Positions 10,420 through 17,577 of a stretch of 17,577 bases of DNA are shown here, piece after piece. The DNA is from Chlorokybus atmophyticus. Taxonomy: Eukaryota; Plantae; Mesostigma and Chlorokybus algae. Numbering within the stretch: the first letter of the stretch is position 1; the number at the start of each line of letters is the position of its first letter. The stretch lies in the NCBI GenBank assembly GCA_009103225.1, contig RHPI01003352.1:1-17577 (forward strand), given 5' to 3'. Both the position numbers and the translations under genes were made by a program. The notes under the pieces are model-generated. The model did not search any database. It saw only the letters and a list, made by a program, of their open reading frames with translations, and was not told where the DNA came from.

Positions 10420-11911
10420 TACACCGTTCCCGCATTCAGCAGAGCTGCGGCGGCCTTCATTGCGAAGGAGTCACAGAGAGTTGTTACGTGAATGAGGACA
10501 ACTTGGTGGAGGTGACTAACACAGCGGAAACATCATGCAGACAACCGCAAGCTTGACTGTCACCCAAAAACACACACGCACACGCAGGCAGACATCCGCA
10601 ACATACACAGGCACATGTGCGCGCACACTGATCTAAACATGCATTTGCAAGGAAACATACCGGAGTGGATGAGATGCGCAGGGCATCGGCAATGGTACGG
10701 TCGCCATAGAGACTCTCAATAAGGTGCACGCTTACAGGCCACTTCTGCATGTGTCCACATACACCGCGCTGGCCAGCAGCTTGGGCCCCGCACAAACAAA
10801 CAACAAGCAACAAACGATCCGTACCTGCGCATCGTTGCTTGCACTGCTAGCATACGCATCATAGGGCTTGATGTCCGGCTGGATGTTGGGATGTTGGGAT
10901 AGTGGCATGCCAGATTTCTCAACCAATAACCCGCAAAGCAGCCATGCTTGCACTCTTCCCTCCGGATACGCCGCCCAGTCACACGCTTGAGAGAGTAGTG
11001 TTGGTGTGAAGAGCGTGCGTGTGCATGGCTGTGTGTGCACACGCACTTGCGTCGCACGTGATGGCGCGATGGAAGTCACCGTCATGTCGAGGCTTTTGGA
11101 CGCCTCAACACCGTCCAGTGAGACCATAACCGAGATGCGCTTGACTCCACTCGTGCCATACAGGCAATAGCCTGTAGCATGTTGCCCTGTCGCAAGCACC
11201 AGATTATTGCGTCAGGAACGAGACAATGCTGCAAACTGCATATGCACACAACAACATGCTCGTGCCCACTCACCACGTGTTCTAAATCGCAATCGATAGC
11301 AAGATTGAAAGGGAGACGGACACTAAGCGGCATATGTCACGAGGTTCTATCGGCCCATGCTGTTTACCATGCTGGAGATCTGCATGGAACTGGCACAACG
11401 TAAGGTTGGGGCCAAGGCGCTCTACAGTGCGGGTGAGTATTTGCTGGAGAAGGAAGAACAACACTTACCCGTATTGCACCGCTGGTGTCAACCATGTGCG
11501 GAGACACAATAGTAATCTGCTCATGACCAGAGTTGTGTGCTGAGCTTGGGAAGCTGAACGCTTTCGCCGTTCGCCGAAGATGAGGAGCTGTGGTCTCTCA
11601 CTGACACGCTGCTTGGTCTGCTCGCAAAGGTGGGGGAGACCATGCTCACCGAACTGACCGGAGTCACAGTTCACCGTGCCGGCTGCTCGCTGTACTTAGC
11701 GGAGTGACTGTCACCATGGGTCACGGTCAGTCGCTAAGAGAGCCTGAGCTCCTAGTTCGGTGGCTCGGTGGTGATCACCTTGGGAAATGTGGGTGTTAGC
11801 GCTCAACTCAACAGCGACCAGATATGCACGCATTTGCGGGGTTTCACACTTCACTATTGCTTGTGCTCATGTACACACTTACCCGTTGCGCAGGTTATAT
11901 TGGCCCCCAAG
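10420..11911 (+). pseudogene. Decayed transposase fragments, probably hAT superfamily (boundaries uncertain, may extend about 9400-12400)
   Basis: Frameshifted + strand fragments in hAT-like order: YTVP (10420), ...AMLALF..SHTLE (10977-10985), VARDGA (11051-11068), LPCRKH as CxxH (11182-11199), YVTRF...MLE as TRW-like (11333), EELWSLTDTLLGLL (W at 11591) and ILAPK as LDPR-like (11897-11911). There is a phase-compatible GT-AG intron at 11433-11530. No TIRs or TSD identified. Confidence 0.5.
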
Positions 11912-14829
11912 GCGAGTGACTGGGGCTGCCATGCCCTTTGGGAAGGAGGCGAGGAGAACGGCCAGGGCCTGGAGGTGATGAGGGAAGTGGTGCAGCAGGA
12001 GGAAAGCAAAGTGAGCTACAACACGGCACGCTGTCAGGAGGATAGTTAGCAAACGACCAGTCGCGTGCGGTCCATCGGGTCAGCGCAGTGGGCGCACCAA
12101 CCATGACCATGACGTCACCGCCCTAATGGACAAGTAGTTTGCAAACGAAATTGCGGGGTCCACATTGGTCAGGGAGATGCAGGATGTGGTGTTGCTATAG
12201 AAACCGTCTCAAATCTGCTCAAAAGCGATCAGCGTCCCGCCGTGATGGTGCTATCAAACGTGGAGTGTGCAGTTTAACTGCTGTGTGCCAAGTGAGGTTC
12301 CTACCTAGCAGCTTCTCTTTTGCAGATTCTGCCCATGCATGTTGGTCTGCTGAGTTTCACCTGCAAGTAGCAGCGCGTCAATGGCATTGGTTACAACCTC
12401 AGGCTGGTTGCAGCTGCAGCCATTTCATGCATACAACCATTGCAGAAGGAGGGCAAAGTACAACACGCTGTTGCTGCTGGCGCAAGTATGGGTTACAACC
12501 AGCTCACCAGGAAGGAGTTGACATCATCTGCCAGGGAAACCACGGCAGTTAGTACCCATCATTGCATGGTGCAGCTGTGCTCGAGTGCCACAAGGCATGC
12601 ACCGCAGCTTCTGCAACGCCAACTTCGTACTACATGCTGGTATTTGTGCATGCGGCTGCTTGATAGCAACATGTATATTAGTTGTGTCCTCAACAAGCAT
12701 GACAGCACTCACCATATAGAAAAAGCGCTGCTACACAACAACCGCGCCACCTGAACAGAGCAACAGCGGCAGTAGGTCAGCTGCACGTTCATTATGCCCA
12801 GCGGCCTCCACAGCGAGGCAGCTGCCCAGGCCTTGACTCAACTGTTGTCACGTAAAACTCATGCTTCGTCGACGCTTACCCATGAGAATCCCACGAAGCC
12901 TCAAGGCAAGGGAGTCGGTGGATGGGTGGATGATCTGTTCACTGCAGAGCAGCAGTGGACAACGCCAGCACCAACACAGTGCCATGAGCTGCTGTCATGT
13001 GTGCGGACTGTGTGACAGTCATGCTTGTTCGTTACCAGTGCATGCTGGCATGCTTCAATCCCAGTGCCCAATGCAATGCACGTTGCTGTTACAAGCTGCA
13101 AGCTGCTTATCATACCAGGTCTCTTCAGTGCTGATGGCTTGCACGTTGTGTTTGGTAAGCTTGGCACGCATGGTTGCCGCGATGTCAAACAACAGAAACG
13201 AGTTGATGAACAAGCGCTGTCAGGCTCTGTAAGGGCCGCTGACAACTTGATTGAATCGCAGCTGGCAACCTTCCCGCAAGCTACTGCCTGTGTGGAGTAC
13301 AGTTGCTAATGTACATGCACCCAGCATTGACCAAGATGGACTGTGCGAGCAAGTCACCTGCGATGCCCCGCGCCAGCACGACGAGACCGCGGGCTCGCAG
13401 CAGGTGTATGGCCACCACTCGCATGGTATGCACTCAACGCTAAGATGGTGTTGAAACCAAGTGAGCAGCCTTGTTCTCACGCACTCTCCCTTGAGACACA
13501 ACAGGGGGAGAAAATACACATCAACATCTATGACAGGTCTTGGGCACCTATCTTGTCGTTGGACAGCTCAAAATGGACGCAAGTAAGAAGTTATACAGCG
13601 TGGAGGCAAGCAATGACATTAGCACCGAGTCACGCTAACAAGAGCAGCATGCCAAAGCCGGGATGTCTGCCTGTATGCCCTGCGTGGAAAAGCAACAAAT
13701 GCCATGCACGCATGCATGCAACACCAAAGAATGCAAAAGGGTAGGTGATGATTGTGTATTGAGATATTGACAGACATCGCAATGCATCAACATCTGTCAC
13801 CCGTTGTCAATGCCAACTGTGCAAACAGCAGCAAGCAATGCGGTGCTGCAAGTTGCCTACTAGTGCAGTCACTCCCAAGCAGAATCTTAGCGCAGGAGAG
13901 CATCAGCAATTCAATTGTGCCGTAAACAACGCCGCTACATGGTGGCGCAGCCACCAACACAACACAACTCTACAAGTCGGATGATTTGCCAGTACAGGAC
14001 GGTTGCTACTCACATGCAATGAGGAGGAGCGGAGGGGCCGCAAGCGGAGCTGTCTGCAAAGCACACCACAGCTGCTGTGTCCTCCGCAGCTGCAGCAGTG
14101 TAAGCCGAGCCCCCGGGACTATGGCACCGTGCAGCTCAAATGACACCTACAAGCTATAGCGCACCACCTACTGCCTCCTGCCAGCAACAACCGCCGCCGC
14201 CGCCGCCACCACGGTGGATGCTACTGACAGACTGATTGTTAACATGGTGGAGGCAGTCACAACCTTACCGCGAATTACAAGCTTCAATGTGCTACTACTG
14301 TAGGGAACGACCATGTGCATTGGGTTGGGCTGTGGTGGTGGTTGTTTTGTGTGGTGTGGTGGTGGTTGTGCACTGATGTGAGGTGTGGAAGTCACTGAAG
14401 TCTGTCAACTTTGTCTGCTGCTGAGAAAGGCAAGACGTAGTTCAATGGGGTGGTTGCCTACGATGGTTGTCGATGACGGTTGTTCAGCAACAGCATCATC
14501 TTATGGTTGGTGGACGTACAAGGCAGTTGGAAAGGTACGGGAACGTCAACTTGTAAAGGCTATCAATACATGCAAATATTGCATGTATTCACTGTTGCAC
14601 AACATTGGACGCATGACGCAAAGCTTCTACTGGACTCATGCCCACAACACTATGCATGCTGTTGGTTGAGCTAGATGGACGCTGTCACGCTGGTCACCAC
14701 CGCATTACGAGTTGCTTTGGGTGTGCGTTTGCCACTCCTCGTGCATGGCAGCGATCTCCCCAAGTCGGTTGCGGTTGCGCTGACGCTCTCGCTCGCGCAC
14801 GCCCGCAAGCAGCGACGCAAGCTCGGTTG

Positions 14830-15621
14830 CTATTACAGGTGAAGGATTGCGTATGCACGTGCAGCCTTTCCAATTACAGCACGATGCAGAGATGAGTGCA
14901 CAGCACAAACACAAGCGCAATCCAACTGCACACGCAATACAGCCAGGTCGAGCGGGGACAGCTCTATTATGATAGGGCAAGGCAATAGCTATGTAATTGT
15001 GTGCTTATTCGCTTTGCTTGTGCACGCCGTATGTAACGGTTACCTTTACTATACTTTGGAGTTTGCTACATGCAACTCTTGTATGTTATGACATCACATA
15101 ACAGTTATGTGAGGTAACCAAGTGCATGCAGTGTAGTGCGAAGGCGGGGGATGTTGTGGGGCACGAGCATGAGGTTGTGGGACCGACATGTGCGCACAGG
15201 TGCATGCATGCTTGTGACTTTTTGTGCCTACCGCTCACTTGCTCACGGTGCACTTGCTTAACACTATTACTATTGCTGCTGCTAGATTGCGTGTGCACTT
15301 GGCATTGCACTAGCGCATAGTTGTTTTTGTCTATGCATGTACATGTACTACATGTAGTACAGCATGCAGCAACAGAGGGCATACATCATGTATGAGCATG
15401 GTGGAGCACCATCGCGGGGTAACACATGTTGAACTAATATTACACATGCATACGGCATGCGCACATAGAGAGTTAATCTGCTATTACTGCTGAGAGTCAT
15501 TCCAACCGATGTTGCGCTAACTAGCTGCAAGTTGTGCAGATAAACCACTGTGCATGCATGCATGCCTACCCGGCTCGGGTAGGGCGGTAGTGATGTGGTG
15601 AGTAGTATGTGACTTATGAAG

Positions 15622-15656
<35 letters not shown>

Positions 15657-15874
15657 CATAATTGTCACAGGTATGCTCATAGGGCACGGTGCCCAGTGTT
15701 TGTGTGAGCATGTCATGGAGGTAAGTGTGCGACAAGTGACAAGTTGAGCTCGCAAGCTTTTGCACACCTTACATACCCATATGCTTCCAATTTGCTTGGC
15801 GCATCAGCTGCCAGTCAATTGTAAACTTATGATTATTAAGCCAGAGGGCTTTGCCTAATGATGATATGTTTGCA
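14830..15874. repeat. Copy of about 4150-5400, lacking about 290 bp (about 4530-4830)
   Basis: Colinear anchors as above. GCGCACAGGTGC is joined almost directly to ATGCTT(A/G)TGACT. Confidence 0.85.
15623..15652. repeat. (TA)15 microsatellite
   Basis: Read directly. Absent from the homologous site near 5180. Confidence 0.95.
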
Positions 15875-16491
15875 ATCAATGCTTCTAAACATTGTATGGT
15901 CAACAAAACATACTTTTATGAAAAACCATATATAATGACATTGTGTTTCAATTTCATAAGTGAAATATTGAACTGCAAGATGAGGTACACAACCATTATT
16001 GAGAATGAACAAGATAGATAACACCTTATCTTAGCAAATTGTGTACGAAGCGTGCAAGCTTTCCTTGTCACAGGTGGTTATGAATGAGATGTATTAAGGT
16101 TTTCACGGTAACAACCTTAATACATCACATTCATAACATTACTTGCTTACCAATCTTACTTACAATAAATGTGTTGATGAGGTATGAGGTTTGTAACTTG
16201 CCGCCATAAGACATTGCAATTGTTCACATAGCGGTAAAAAGTATGCAATGTAATTATAATTACCGTACGCTAGTGCATACATTCAATGCTACATATGTCA
16301 TTCACGTTGTTGCTTTTAAGCGGTGGCTATAGTTTACTGTCATGCGCATACGTTTCAGTGGTGCAACGCATCCATTACGAAGGATTTGGGGTCATATGTC
16401 GTGTGTTAAGGCTTAATTACGGTCAGCATATCGAGGTACATCACGTGCAGCACATACCAAATGCAAGTGTAGCAGCTCGCACTGCTCTCTA

Positions 16492-16570
16492 TGTAACGGG
16501 AAGGTACACTTCAGTACCACAAATCGACTATAAAAGCACCAAGTCTTTTGTGGTCGAGTGGGCTGTGACA
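16492..16570 (+). repeat. 5' LTR (79 bp)
   Basis: 74/79 identical to 16952-17030. Starts TGTAAC, ends GTGACA. Confidence 0.95.
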
Positions 16571-16615
16571 TTGGTCATCGGAGCTTGAGACCCGGGTTCG
16601 ATTCCTGCCTTGCAC
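16544..16615 (+). promoter_or_regulatory. tRNA-like segment / putative Pol III type-2 internal promoter across the LTR-PBS junction (not a functional tRNA)
   Basis: A-box-like TGGTCGAGTGG at 16551-16561 and B-box GGTTCGATTCC at 16595-16605, 44 nt apart as for tRNA positions 8 and 52. A D-arm (GTCG/TGAC) and a 4-bp T-arm can be drawn. The acceptor and anticodon stems do not pair. Confidence 0.6.
16572..16584 (+). promoter_or_regulatory. Primer-binding site, tRNA-iMet-like (TGGTCATCGGAGC)
   Basis: Starts 1 nt after the 5' LTR. Resembles the plant-type iMet PBS TGGTATCAGAGC with one bulged C and one G:U pair. Confidence 0.65.
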
Positions 16616-16937
16616 ACGAATTCCACGGTCGTTGTTTCTCGATCCAATAATCGTAAATGGTCACTTTATGAGTGCCATCATCGATGGGTCGCGACTTGCC
16701 TAATGGCAGTCGCGCCGAAGTGACCTGACCAGTTCAGTCGGCGCGGCAGGGCGCGACCTGCCTATCGCGGCGACGCGACCTGTGGGGCCGGCAGCGGCGC
16801 GCTATGCGCGCGCTGACCGGTTTGAGCCTAAATTGGCCGGTCCTTGGATGGTGGGGCCGGTGACCGACCCTAAATCAGACCCCTGGGATTGATTCCCCAG
16901 CTGATGGCCGCCAGCTGCCGAGGACGTCAGCGTTCTT

Positions 16938-16951
16938 AAGGGGGGGGGGAA
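16938..16951 (+). promoter_or_regulatory. Polypurine tract (AA-G10-AA)
   Basis: 14 consecutive purines directly abutting the 3' LTR. Confidence 0.9.
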
Positions 16952-17030
16952 TGTAACGGGAAGGTACATTAAATTACCACAAATCGACCATAAAAGCACC
17001 AAGTCTTTTGTGGTCGAGTGGGCTGTGACA
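16952..17030 (+). repeat. 3' LTR (79 bp)
   Basis: Direct repeat of 16492-16570, immediately preceded by the polypurine tract. Confidence 0.95.
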
Positions 17031-17577
17031 CTCTATGTTTATTAAGACACGTGCATAATAATTACCCTCAACAGTGATGCGTGCTTGTTGCGAGTGTCGT
17101 ATCAGGTGCATGACTATATACACCAATGGGGCAGCTTTGGGAGGATATTGAGTCAACATATATATACATACATGCATGGTGGATGCTACAACATGTGAAG
17201 AGGGAGAAGGTGCAGTATTATCAGGCCATGATGAGTTGGTGGATCGATATCATCAAGCATCGATGGGATTTGGCATGATGCTACCGCAATGCAGTCAACA
17301 CCGGAATGATCAATTCAGTTTTGCTCACTTACGGTAACTTTGCGATCGATGGCCCGATATCCCACCTCAGACACTTTCTTGAGCTTACAAAGAACCTCTT
17401 ACCGGGGGCTCTTATATCAACTTACTTGTTTTCTTCAAAACTTTGTAGCTTGGCATTGTATGTACTCGAACGTGAGCCCACATTCTTTGTACGAATGCTA
17501 ATGGCCACCCTTCCGTGGGGTACAAGCAAATGACAGCTCATCATCAGCTGACTTGCATGTGTAGCGGCATGCTTACG

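Larger units (their letters stand above)
16492..17030 (+). mobile_element. Non-autonomous miniature LTR retrotransposon (TRIM), 539 bp
   Basis: 79-bp direct LTRs (16492-16570, 16952-17030) with TGT...ACA ends. 5-bp TSD CTCTA (16487-16491, 17031-17035). PBS-like sequence at 16572, PPT at 16938-16951, 381-bp non-coding interior. The paralogous empty site has a single CTCTA at 559-563. Confidence 0.95.
15875..17577. repeat. Recent segmental duplication, copy B (partner 1-1448), runs off the window end
   Basis: Starts with the same ATCAATGCTTCTAAACATTG as window position 1 and ends matching position 1448. The match at the left is limited by the window start. Confidence 0.95.

Noticed and set aside
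10652-11170. Minus-strand multi-exon gene (YCLYGTSGV.../CDWAAYPEG.../KWPVSVHLIE...)
   Set aside because: Some splice sites fit, but the upstream exons cannot be joined in frame and the text is S-rich like antisense sequence. The minus frame also reads through an 8-bp duplication whose removal restores the + strand frame. Not fully excluded.
12700-14700. Exon-like fragments (e.g. 13110-13310, 14180-14300, 14480-14670)
   Set aside because: Short frames with stops, no coherent gene model and no recognisable domain.
16544-16615. Functional tRNA gene
   Set aside because: The acceptor stem (TCTTTTG versus CTTGCAC) and the anticodon stem do not pair. Only D-arm and T-arm-like parts remain, inside a TRIM.
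16487-17038. 8-bp TSD CTCTATGT, implying a hAT-type insertion
   Set aside because: The 3' LTR also starts with TGT after the PPT, so TGT belongs to the LTR and the TSD is the 5-bp CTCTA.

Overview
Eukaryotic, intron-containing DNA. A chlorophyte green alga is inferred from the splice-site style and the transit-peptide-like leader; the taxon is not proven. The window is mostly a patchwork of local segmental duplications. 1-1448 recurs about 99% identical at 15875-17577, about 4150-6400 is an older copy of about 14830-17577, and about 1790-3385 recurs about 97% identical at about 6390-7920. The only well-supported intact gene is a two-exon CDS (7507-7711, 7793-8457; 289 aa) made of a transit-peptide-like leader, a heptad coiled coil and a PD-(D/E)XK-like nuclease fold with an E-x-S motif. 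An upstream paralog (2909-3451) keeps the leader and an expanded coiled coil but has lost the nuclease domain. A 539-bp non-coding LTR element (TRIM; 16492-17030) has a 5-bp TSD, and its empty site is visible at 559-563. Its 5'LTR/PBS junction carries tRNA-spaced Pol III A and B boxes. The middle of the window (about 10400-11950) holds a heavily decayed, probably hAT-type transposase. Most ORFs in the supplied track look spurious. All alignments and motif calls were made by eye; no database searches were run.
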